The notes under the pieces: generated by a model | What the model saw: only the letters and a program-made list of their open reading frames with translations | Databases searched by the model: none | Told to the model about the DNA's origin: nothing | Part shown: positions 38,036 to 47,992 of the stretch, one piece after another | Layout: each line of letters begins with the position of its first letter | Numbering within the stretch: position 1 is the first letter of the stretch | Assembly (NCBI GenBank): GCA_963791045.1 | Contig: CAWBQK010000012.1 | Coordinates: forward strand, 1 to 62,059 | Direction of reading: 5' to 3' | Length of the DNA stretch: 62,059 nt | From: Candidatus Latescibacterota bacterium | Lineage (GTDB): Bacteria; Krumholzibacteriota; Krumholzibacteriia; WVZY01 | Position numbers and translations under genes: made by a program

Positions 38036-38100
38036 CTAATACCACAAATTGACCGTTCTGTCAACGCGGACACTTGACCGCTGTCAAGTCTCAGGTTGAC
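38036..38100 (-). promoter_or_regulatory. Promoter plus compound palindromic operator (second copy)
   Basis: Minus strand TTGACA-N17-TATTAG; plus strand GTCAA-N9-TTGAC-CGCT-GTCAA-N8-TTGAC with the same spacing as at 36903-36943. Confidence 0.65.
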
Positions 38101-38177
38101 TTTCGACAACTGGCGGAATGCCCACACATACAATCGTGCAATTCAAAGAGTTCGTCTACCGAACTTTCTTTACAAAA

Positions 38178-38885
38178 TCACTCACTGTAGAGTGACTTGA
38201 TTTTTCCCCACGTCGACTCCTGAGTCGCCACCAGGCAGTCCCCATAAATCGACAAGGTGATTCCATAAACCAGTCCCCACGAACCCTGATTCACAGTGCC
38301 GGCCGGACAGTTGAAGTAATCGAGGAACGAAGGATACTCCGCCGGTTTATCGAGAATCGTCCCGGCGCCCAGTATTTCGCCATTGGCGATTTCATAAGTA
38401 AAGCACTGCTCGACCGGAAGGTCGAAGTGCCCCGTCATGCGGATGTCGGAAATAACCGCGTAGCGCACGCCATCCTGGAAAAAATGGGTGGAGTGAACGT
38501 AGAACTGGTCGACTATGGCTTCGTAGTCCATAGTGCCGTCGCCCCACGGTCCCGTGCCGGACAACCAAAGTGTGCCGCCAACATAGTCGGTCCCGTACTC
38601 GACAAATCCGTTGCCACCGACGACGCCGTCGAAAATCAGATTGGTATTCAGAATGGATGGGCAGAATACCTGCCACTGTCCTCCAAGATCCATTCCGTCA
38701 TAAGACAACGCATGGATTGTGTTGTTGACTACCCCATCGTGATAAGGCGCGTCGACAAACGACTCGCTGAAGTTCCCCTCCATGATTTGTCCGGTCACGC
38801 TCTTATACACACCGGGCGTTGGCCCTTCTGCGAAAACGGAAACCGCGACCAGAATCAAAACAGCAAAAACTGCGAGACTCTTCAT
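38178..38885 (-). CDS. Secreted hypothetical protein, paralog 3, with C-terminal TWG tail
   Basis: Signal peptide MKSLAVFAVLILVAVSVFA; shared motifs FSES, NTIHA, CPSI, GPWG; ends VATQESTWGKIKSLYSE. Confidence 0.85.
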   Translation of the reverse strand: MKSLAVFAVLILVAVSVFAEGPTPGVYKSVTGQIMEGNFSESFVDAPYHDGVVNNTIHALSYDGMDLGGQWQVFCPSILNTNLIFDGVVGGNGFVEYGTDYVGGTLWLSGTGPWGDGTMDYEAIVDQFYVHSTHFFQDGVRYAVISDIRMTGHFDLPVEQCFTYEIANGEILGAGTILDKPAEYPSFLDYFNCPAGTVNQGSWGLVYGITLSIYGDCLVATQESTWGKIKSLYSE

Positions 38886-38939
38886 CGTTACAACCCCCCA
38901 AGGTTTAAACGCTATAAGACTCAGCACCAGATTTTCATG

Positions 38940-39521
38940 CTACTCGTATCTTGCCTTTAAGGCTCCCCACGTCGTCGCCTTGACGGCGATAGTGGGTTCG
39001 ATAATCACGACACCTCCCCTCGCTGTGTGGGTGATCGGCTGATTGACGCCATTGCGAAGCTCGCTGTAAGTAATCGAAACATGCGTCGTTTCCGGCTGAG
39101 TGACTTCGTGGGCCTGGAACTCCAACGCAAAGAGTGTTCCGGGACCATCGATCGTTCGACCCAGTATGGCTCCGTTGACATGAACGGAGTCGAGTCCGGT
39201 TATCATTGGATCGTACCAATAGTAGAAAAAAGTCGTGTCCGACGAAGTGGTCGGCAACGAACCTTCTTCAGCTATTTGCAAATCAATGAGTGAGTGGTCG
39301 AAGGTAACACCGACGTTGTACCCCATAAGCCCGGTCACATCGGCCGAGATATCTATACCCAGAACAATCAAATTCAACTCCGCCGTCACGGTGGTTTCGG
39401 GTGAAACAAATAGCTGTCCCGACAACGGAGCCACAAATGCCGATGGACTCGGCACCGCGGCCAGTACCGCTGCAAGCGCAATCGATGTCACCGCCAAAAC
39501 CGCGTTCTTTCTGATGCTCAA
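38940..39521 (-). CDS. Secreted cohesin-like domain protein with C-terminal TWG tail
   Basis: Signal peptide; 'GLMGYNVGVTFDHSLIDLQIAEEGSL...GPGTLFALEFQA'; ends IAVKATTWGALKARYE. Confidence 0.72.
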   Translation of the reverse strand: MSIRKNAVLAVTSIALAAVLAAVPSPSAFVAPLSGQLFVSPETTVTAELNLIVLGIDISADVTGLMGYNVGVTFDHSLIDLQIAEEGSLPTTSSDTTFFYYWYDPMITGLDSVHVNGAILGRTIDGPGTLFALEFQAHEVTQPETTHVSITYSELRNGVNQPITHTARGGVVIIEPTIAVKATTWGALKARYE

Positions 39522-39540
39522 ATTCTCCCCCTTTCCACCG

Positions 39541-40407
39541 TTATCGAATCAGAACAAGCTTTGTTCGAAACGTTTCTCTCGTTGTTCTCGCCGCTGCGAA
39601 GTAAACACCGGATGTCGCATCGGCGCCTGCCTGGTTTTTGCCGTCCCAGGTGACACGAATTCCATCCGGCCCCGTCGTACCATTGAACAATTCACGGACC
39701 AGCCTCCCGTCGGCTGTATAGATTCCGATCGACACATCCCGGGCGCCGGGTTCGGTTCCGGAGGAGGGAGGCGTAAAAACAACGGTCGTTGAAGGATTGA
39801 ATGGATTCGGGTAACCCAGAATTCCGCCCGTCGCCGGCGCCCCCTGTTTGATTCCGGTTGCCGGTCCGATCACAATCCATGCGTTTGGATCGATTACGGG
39901 TTGGAACAACACACGATCGATATCAAAAAGGTTCAACCTCGTGATCTTGACGGGGCATATTCCATTGCGAAGCGCGCGAAACACAAAACGGGCCACCTCG
40001 CCGGGGGTAGTCGTGTAGGTATCATAACCGAGCAGACACCCTTCAACGGAATGGGTGTCGGGCGCGATTGGAATCCAGAAAAACAACCTTTGAAACGGCG
40101 CCTCCTCGAACAATCGTCCTTCCGTTGCATCGAGAATTTCCACAAGGGTCGTATCGAAAGACACCCAGCACTCAATGCAACCGAGCGAATCCCCAACGCT
40201 CGCCACACAAACGGAAAGCGTGCAGATCTCCGCTGCTGCTATGTAGGTTTGCTCCGGCGCAAGGGTGACCGCCATCGGCCCAGCGGCCGGGACAGGTCCG
40301 GAGGACCGCACCTCCGCGCTGTCGACGGGGCCGCCAAAAACGGCCACAACAAACACAACCACAAGGCTCAGCAATAACAATCGTTCCCGGACATACCGCT
40401 TATTCAT
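39541..40407 (-). CDS. Secreted cohesin-like domain protein with FlgD-Ig/T9SS-like C-terminal domain
   Basis: Signal peptide; 'SLGCIECWVSFDTTLVEILDATEGRLF...GEVARFVFRAL'; 'YPNPFNP...TWDGKN...SGVYF...TKLVLIR'. Confidence 0.75.
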   Translation of the reverse strand: MNKRYVRERLLLLSLVVVFVVAVFGGPVDSAEVRSSGPVPAAGPMAVTLAPEQTYIAAAEICTLSVCVASVGDSLGCIECWVSFDTTLVEILDATEGRLFEEAPFQRLFFWIPIAPDTHSVEGCLLGYDTYTTTPGEVARFVFRALRNGICPVKITRLNLFDIDRVLFQPVIDPNAWIVIGPATGIKQGAPATGGILGYPNPFNPSTTVVFTPPSSGTEPGARDVSIGIYTADGRLVRELFNGTTGPDGIRVTWDGKNQAGADATSGVYFAAARTTRETFRTKLVLIR

Positions 40408-40479
40408 AATACCCCTGGTTTTCCGTGGGAGACGCGGGCATTACTCCGCGTCTCCCACATCCGTACTCCTTCTTCGGCG

Positions 40480-43400
40480 TTATTTCAGAAGCAACATTTT
40501 CTTCGCTGGTGACTGGTACCCGGGAGCGCTCATCCGGTAGAAGTACATTCCCGTATGCACCGGACGTCCCATTGGCATGTCCGCCCATCCCACTCCACCT
40601 CGTAACGGCCCGCGCCCCGATGCTCGTTCACCAGCGTCCGTACACTCCGGCCCGAGACATCATAGATCTCGACCCGAACGTGACCCGCATTGGCCACATC
40701 GAACGTGATACGTCGTTGTCGGGTTGAACGGGTTCGGGTGGTTCTGCATCAGCGCCGCTTACACTCGGCAGCGTAGGTCATGTCCACCGTCTCCATGATC
40801 TCGATCTCGTCACTTGACGGTTGTGCGAGATCACGCAGGTCCGCACTTCGAACGCGCACCTGTGTCGGATTGCTCGCTCTGCCGGACGACCACACGGGCC
40901 ACTTCACCCGTGTACTCGAGCGGTCCTATCCACACCAAGCGCCGCCACACAGATCTCCACCTTCCCCGTCTCGCGCTCGATCGTCCCAAAGAAGTGCTCG
41001 CGAGCCTCTGCCCGAGAGCGAACGTGCCGCCTTGACCTCAACGAGCTCGTTCCCAAGCCCGTATGAGAGATCGAGCGAGAAGCCCTTCAAGACCTCTGCA
41101 TCGTTCTCCATCACGACCGCATAGGTCACCAGATCGCCATCGCGCTCGAAACCGGTACGAGAAGGCCACTGGCCAGCCCACGAAGCGGCTTCCGCTCCGC
41201 GCCCGCTATAAGCGGCTGACCGCTTGTTCCCGCCGGAGAGACGTTCCGTAGTTCATCGCAAAGATCATCAGATCTTCGAAGTCCACGAACATCATCCGGC
41301 AGAGGGATACCAAACCGCGAGTAGTCATCGGTCGGGCCAAAATCGCCTTCGGCGTTCCACGGCAGGGACCCTGCCGATACCAAAGGTTAGCGAGAAGAGC
41401 GCCAGATCCAGGATCTGGATGATCCCATTTCCGACCACGCAGGGCTTATGTCACCAAGCCAGTAGCTCGTCGCACGGTCCTGCGAGGTCGGGCGTCCCCG
41501 CCGAGTAGTTCCCCGCACAGTCGTAGCAAACGCCGCGTAGTAGTAGATGTCCCGCGGAGAGCGCGGGTCATCCTCGTACGCCTCGGCCGCTGTCTGTGCC
41601 ACCAGGGCTCCTTCGGTCTCGTCCGCCGGATAACTCGGCGCGGGGGTTCCCGAGATCGGGGGCCCGTACTGCGGGTAGTACCCCAGCCCACTACTCCGGA
41701 TCTCGACGCCGACAAACGACGCATCCCCCGTCGGGTTGGTCCATGTCAGATGAACTTTGTCGTACCCGGCAACTGCGAGGAAGTCTGTCGGAGCCGCAGG
41801 CGCAAGCCGTGTCTTTTATGAACTGCCAGCTGTAGGTAGCCGGCTGCGGTGTACCCTCACCGTTCCAGTTCCCCGCATCATCTTTGACACGGAAGTAGAC
41901 TGTGTGTGAGCCCTTCCGAGAGACCGGCAAAGCCAGGCAGCGTCCACGGTGGAACGGCAGGCGACCACACCGTGCCATCGTAGCCGGTGAAGATCGTAGT
42001 TCCATCCGTCGCTGTCGATCTGGTACTCGGCCAGATCGAGGTTAACGTCATCGCGGAATGTGAACGTGGCAAAGGTCGGCGCCGCGTTATAGCACTCGCC
42101 CTCCGCCTCAACGATCGCATCCATCATCGGCGGCGTGCAGTCGATTTGCACCGTGCCGTCGATGCCGTCGACACCAGTCGGACGTTATTGACATCGCGAA
42201 GCTTCAATTGTGATTCGACGTCGCTAATGCCTTCAGCAACCGGAGTAAAGTCGACAGAAAAGAGATCGCCCGCGCCCGTTGCGCCACGGCGCCACCAAGA
42301 ATCGCAGAGCTTACTGTGTACTATCCAGCTCCCTTGTCGAGAACGTAGAATGCCGTTCCCGCGACAGAATTCAGATAGCCGAGCTCCGTCACGTCAGCCC
42401 CAGTGTCCGCAATAGTCACCACCGCGGGATCGATCAGGAAGGTCACGTCGTAACCACGCGCCTCCACAACCCCGGCGCGGTCGACATGGAACGTGTAGAC
42501 GATATTGGTCGAGCAGTTCGTCACGCCGTACGCCGGGACGACACTGATCAGATTCGCCGCCGCCATGTACGGATCGAAATCAATGTGGTCGGACACTTCA
42601 GATCCGGCTCCGCCCGGGTTGAGCGTCGCGTGATACGGACCGGTTGCGTCGCCCCACCAGTTGCCTGTCGCATCGACGGTGATGTAATCGGCCGCCGAAC
42701 GCATCCCGTACGTATTTCCGGACAAATCGTTGCCGTGGGCTTCAATCCCCGTGAAAACACCGGTATCACAGCTCGACGTGCAGACCCAGAAGCTCCATCC
42801 CGGCCTCAAAGCCGGTGGACGTGTTTCCGTCGGCCGTCACGGCGAGATCGTTGGCGCTGTACCCGGCATCCACCTCAATACCGTACGTGCCGGTATTGTC
42901 GGGTCCGCTGAATATCACACTGTTTCCGGAGATATCGATATTCAACACCGCGGCGGGCGCCATCGCGATTCCAGAAACCGCCATCGGACCGTCCACGTCG
43001 AGGTCAAACGGCGATGGCACCGCTTCGGGCGGATCCGAAGCGGCGATTCCCCAGCAGTAGCCGCCGATCTTCTCCATCGCCAGCGTGTTGCCGGTAATCG
43101 ATCCGGATCCGTCGATCAGGTATATACCCATGTGGGATCCAGCTGATCGAGTTGCCGACAACGTCGAAATTCCCGTAGTAGAGAAGTACCGACGTCGCCA
43201 CCCAACTACCGCCCGAATAGGCGATATCCGCCACAACATTGTCTTCTATCGTACCGGTGACAAGAGCGCCTGACGCCTGAATGCCGTTCTGCGCGGGCAA
43301 TCCAGACCCCAGTACGCCGGCACCGGTGACGGTGTTGCCGGTGACATCCAGAGTCACGGCCGTCGCCGCGTCGGCATTTAACGCCATCGCATTCTTCTGG

Positions 43401-45679
43401 AAACCTGAAATCTCGTTGTCCAAAACATCCAGGCTCCTGGCCACGGCATCGTCGTTGTACAGATACAATCCGATTCCATGCTGGTTGCCGCTTAGCGGTT
43501 CATCCCTGATGTCGAGAATCTCGCATGACGACACCTCACCCCCGGCATTTCGGTAAGCGATACCGTTAAACCGGTAGTTGGCATTGCCGAGACCTAATCC
43601 GTCCACCGTCAGGTTCGATACGGTAACGTCCGCCGCATCATGAATATAGACAACAGGGTAGTTGTTGAGGGTTCCCGACGGGAATGACGCGGAGAGCGTC
43701 GCGGGAGACTCAATAATCGTCGATCCCGCCCCGGCGCCGTCAAGCGTCAGGTTCTTATCGACAACGACCTGTTCCACGTAGGTCGCCGCGTCGATATGAA
43801 TCACATCACCGGGATTTGCCGCGTCTACCGCCGCCTGGATTCCACCAAGATTCGCCGGCACATAGAGATTCGTCCCCGCGAGCTCGGTGATATAACGTCC
43901 GCCGAGAATGTGACTCACGGTACCTGCAGCCGCCGTCTGCGCATCGGCAAGCGACGCATAGAAGCGGGTGTACTCGTTGTCGTTGTCCGATTCGCCGTTG
44001 AGTGTGTGCGTTACATCGGCCAACTGGACGGTCACATCGGCGCCGTCGAGAATATCCGTGCTGAATGTGATCGGCTCCGGACTGGCAGGAACGGCGTAGT
44101 TGCCTTCCTCCAGATAGATGCTGCCCACATCCGCGGCGGTCTCACCAAAACTATTGGTGCCCGTGAACACAATGCCCCAGGTACCAAGCGGCGTATAATT
44201 TCCCCACGTGAAAATCCCTACGCCACCCCAGGCATTGCCGCTCGTCGTGATGTCTTCGAAGGTCACGTCCCGCGCGTCCACGGCCTGCATACCGTTTCCG
44301 CCGTTGTCCTTGAGTTCGACATTGGACACCGACAGGTTTGTCGCGCCGAGAATGTCGACACCGGTCCGATAGATATTCCGGACCTCAACGTCATCGAGGT
44401 AACACCCATCCTGGTCGCCGAACTTGACCCCGTAACGCGGGTTCGAGTTCGTATTGCTCCCCTGGAGCGTCAAGCCCGAGATGATAACATCGTCGGCCGT
44501 CACATATATACCCGCGCCGTTCACGTTGTAGCCTACGGCGTCTACGAGAACCGTCGTACGACTATCGCCGTAGATCCGACACGTCTTGTTGACGTTGAGA
44601 GCCTCTGTGTAGGTACCTCCGCCGCTGTAAATACCGACCCACACGAGGCACGTATACGACGTAACGGGAACCGCGTCGATCCCCTCCTGAATCGTGTCGT
44701 AGTACTCCGCCCAGTGCGGCGTCGGGTTACCCTTGACGAAGTAGTCGAGACGCACATCTTCATCGATGATATTGGTGAACGTGTTCCCCGACATGACGGG
44801 TGAAGCGCTATTGCTCACGATCCCGAACTCACAATTGTCAAACGTATTGTTCGAAATCACCGACGTGGATCCCGTCCACACATCCAAACCCGCGGACAGC
44901 CATGAGGAAACGTTCACCCCGGATATACATCCGGAGACATCGTTATTGGTGACCGTCGGGTTCCCGCTGTAAACCGAGATCCCATAGCTCAGACGATCGG
45001 GATCAAGGCCGCCAAGCGCCGTCACGGTATTACCCGAGATAACACCCGTGTCGTTATTGCCGATCACGTCGTCTCTCGTGTAAATACCAATGCGGCCGAA
45101 ATCAAAGACATCGTTGTTCGTGACATCGATGTAGCATTCCTGGCGGCGGATGGCCAACCCACCGACACCGGGCGGCTTGATGCTTTTGACAACGTTGTCA
45201 TGTATATCGCCATCGACACCCGTGTATGCAAAGATACCGTAGTTAACATTCAGACCGGTACCGTCGATCGTGAATCCTGAAAAATCGACCACGGCTGAGT
45301 TGATCATTTTGACGATGTACTCCGTCACCGTCGCGGAGCCCGTAATAAACGAGCTGCCCGCGCCGGCGCCCGTTATCGTCAGGTTCTTACCATCGATCAA
45401 GATGGCCTCGGGATAGGTACCGGCCCCGACCATAATAATGTCACCCGACGTTGCGCCGGTGACCGCCGCCTGGATGGTGGCAAAATCGCCCGGCACATTC
45501 CATGTCGCCGCAGCGCCGCTCGGCGCCATCTGGATTGGTGGCGTCACGAACTGCGGCGCCTGGACTGGATCGTCAAACGGTGACGCCGGTCTAACCGGTT
45601 TCTCCGATGTTCCGGCATAAACATTTACGGCCAGAGCTATAATGAGAAAGCCCAGGCTGCATAGCATTATCTTCTTCAT
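40480..45679 (-). CDS. Giant (~1700 aa) secreted beta-helix protein with cohesin-like, dockerin-like and FlgD-Ig C-terminal modules; 3' half frameshifted in this assembly
   Basis: Clean frame from 45679 to ~43141 (signal peptide, 'VPGDFATIQAAV', parallel beta-helix repeats). Continues in fragments: 'NWWGDATGP', 'RGYDVTFLIDPAVV', 'YWLGD', 'DFEDLMIFAMNYG', 'NHPNPFNP', and 'KKMLLLK' with stop at 40480. Confidence 0.75.
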
Positions 45680-45850
45680 GTTTCCCCCTTATGCTGTCTT
45701 CGAAACTCGGCTCGTTCACACGCGAGCCATACTGACTTTATCCTCCCTTTTACAACCAGCCGAACTATGGACCGTGGATCATATTCCCCCTCCCGTTCTT
45801 TTCTAAAAAACTCTTCAACCAGCTCACTATTAACTTCGGATCTATCCAAC

Positions 45851-45879
45851 AAAAAAACCCATCGGGATTTACCGATGGG
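45851..45879 (-). terminator. Intrinsic terminator-like hairpin 170 nt upstream of the giant gene
   Basis: Minus strand CCCATCGG-TAAATC-CCGATGGG-TTTTTTT. Confidence 0.7.
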
Positions 45880-46368
45880 CTGCAGTTATACAATGCGTTT
45901 GAAGTGGCGCAATTCGGCCGGCTCACCTCAATCGTCTGCGGCTGGCGTATTCGACCAGAACCCTAATGATGTAACACAAGCGACGATTCTCGACCTAAAT
46001 CTCGATAACATCACTGCAGATCCCCCCCTTTCGAGCTGCACGAACTAAGTTATCGATTCGAGACTATCTTGATCGCAATCAGTCCCACGGACCGGCGGTT
46101 TGCGCTCCTTTCATTGCGAAACAACGTGTGATTGATACCATCTCCGGATTGCGTTTTTGGACGCACGAATACATACGAATTTTTGCGGGAGGCCTGGCTG
46201 GAATCTCATGCAGGTGACGCGACGAATGCGTGGCTCACACAACGGCATCGGCCGTCGGAGGAGCCCGACATACTCCATCGGTCAATATAGAACGGTATTG
46301 CTCAGGTGAGGACACACCCCCAACACCTGCCGAGGCAGTGCTGCTTTATCTAGTCCCCCGTGGGATTG

Positions 46369-46397
46369 TTTATAACATAGTTAAGCAGAAAAGTCAA
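46369..46397 (-). promoter_or_regulatory. Putative sigma70 promoter facing the secreted-protein cluster
   Basis: Minus strand TTGACT-N17-TATAAA with TG extended -10. Confidence 0.6.
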
Positions 46398-46680
46398 CGA
46401 GGCTTTCGTCGCCGCGGACGCGGCGACCGATATCGCGGGTGTCGACCGCTCAACGCCGCCAAGATTAATCCAAATTTTAGAGGGGACTATCCACTGCACA
46501 GATCACCACCACTCAGATTCCATCCAAAATCAGGACCAAAATTGACCAAAGTCTTGTTTGGGATTGATATCGGTCAATGTTTTTCGCCCTCCCGGCCACG
46601 TTGAGCGTTTGACACCGAAACACGGAATGGATAAGATAACCCCTTCAATTTCACCACAAACAACCGACAGGCCAGATCCA

Positions 46681-47871
46681 ATGGATGAAAAAAAATATGT
46701 TGTCGTAACCGTGTCCGGAAAGGACAGACCGGGGCTTCTCGCGTCGTTCACCGGGATACTTATCGACAACAACGTTGACATAGTCGATATCGACCAGACT
46801 GCTCTCCACGATTTCCTCGCCCTCTCGATTCTTCTCGATCTCGGGAAGTCGAACCGCGAGAAGGACAGCGTCCTGAAGGACCTTCTCTTCGAAGCCAACA
46901 GACTGGGAATGCGTCTGAACTTTCAGCTCCTCTCCGAAAGAGAGCTACCCGACAAACACGCAAAGAATCTTTTTGTTCTCACACTTTTCGGGGGCACGCG
47001 CGCACTTGCCGCCATTGCCGGCGTACTCGGAGACCAAGTCGCAAATGTCGAGAAGATAACTAACCTGGGGTTTCGAAGCGCCCACTGCATTGAACTCACC
47101 ATTGACGTCAGCAACACACCGAGCCTGTCGAAACTCAAGGAACGGCTGCTGGCGAAGAGTCATGAACTCGATATCGACCTCGCCGTTCAAAAAGCGCAGG
47201 CCTACAGAAAAAGCAAGCGTCTCGCATTTTTCGACATGGACCGCACACTGGTAGACACCGAAGCCATCGACGAAATGGCGCGAGTCGCGGGAGTGTACCG
47301 GGAGGTCTCGCGAGTCACTGAAAAAGCCATGCGGGGAGATCTTGACTTCGAAGACTCGCTCAGACAACGGACGGCGCTGCTCAAGGGGTTGACGCTCGAA
47401 CAGCTCGAAGGCATCAGAAAAGACCTCGCGTTATCCGATGGCGCGGCGGAACTCGTCGGAACTTTGAAAAATCGGGGCTACGCGGTGGGTGTCGTCAGCG
47501 GCGGATTTGGTTTTTTCGCGGATAGTCTCAAAGATCATCTCGGTCTCGATTTTGCCTTCGCGAACAAACTCGACATCAAAGACGGTGTCTTGACGGGCAA
47601 AATCAAGGGCGACATTGTCGACGACGCGGCGAAAGCGAAGATTGTCAACACGGTCGCGGCGGAGATGGGAATCCATCTCGACCAGACCGTCGCCATCGGC
47701 GACGGCGCCAACGACAAACTGATGCTCGGCCAGGCCGGTCTCGGCATCGCGTACAACGCTCACGCGGGCGTTGCGAGGTCCGCGGTGATGAGTGTCGGGC
47801 GAAATCGTTTAATGAATATACTTTACACACTTGGAATTACAGAAGAAGATATCCTCGGTGGCGAAGAGTGA
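46681..47871 (+). CDS. serB: Phosphoserine phosphatase with two ACT domains
   Basis: ACT 'VTVSGKDRPGL'; HAD motifs 'FDMDRTL', 'VVSGGF', 'AIGDGANDKLM'. Confidence 0.93.
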   Translation: MDEKKYVVVTVSGKDRPGLLASFTGILIDNNVDIVDIDQTALHDFLALSILLDLGKSNREKDSVLKDLLFEANRLGMRLNFQLLSERELPDKHAKNLFVLTLFGGTRALAAIAGVLGDQVANVEKITNLGFRSAHCIELTIDVSNTPSLSKLKERLLAKSHELDIDLAVQKAQAYRKSKRLAFFDMDRTLVDTEAIDEMARVAGVYREVSRVTEKAMRGDLDFEDSLRQRTALLKGLTLEQLEGIRKDLALSDGAAELVGTLKNRGYAVGVVSGGFGFFADSLKDHLGLDFAFANKLDIKDGVLTGKIKGDIVDDAAKAKIVNTVAAEMGIHLDQTVAIGDGANDKLMLGQAGLGIAYNAHAGVARSAVMSVGRNRLMNILYTLGITEEDILGGEE

Positions 47872-47888
47872 TGTGAACGCACGTCCAC

Positions 47889-47917
47889 CGAAACCGAACT
47901 CGATTTGATTCGTAGTA
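47889..47917 (+). promoter_or_regulatory. Putative SigW-type ECF promoter of sppA
   Basis: CGAAAC-N16-CGTAGTA, 75 nt before the sppA ATG. Confidence 0.6.
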
Positions 47918-47992
47918 ACTGTTTGTACTCTCGCCCGCCGCGGTGAACTCCCGGCGGCGGCACGCCATGTTTTCAAGGAAGGAGCTGCTCAT

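Noticed and set aside
46070-46125. c-di-GMP-I riboswitch-like words (GAAAG...CGCAAA.CC..CGG) on the minus strand
   Set aside because: Lacks the upstream GGCAAA segment, a paired GAAA-capped stem and the 3' motif; not supportable by eye.
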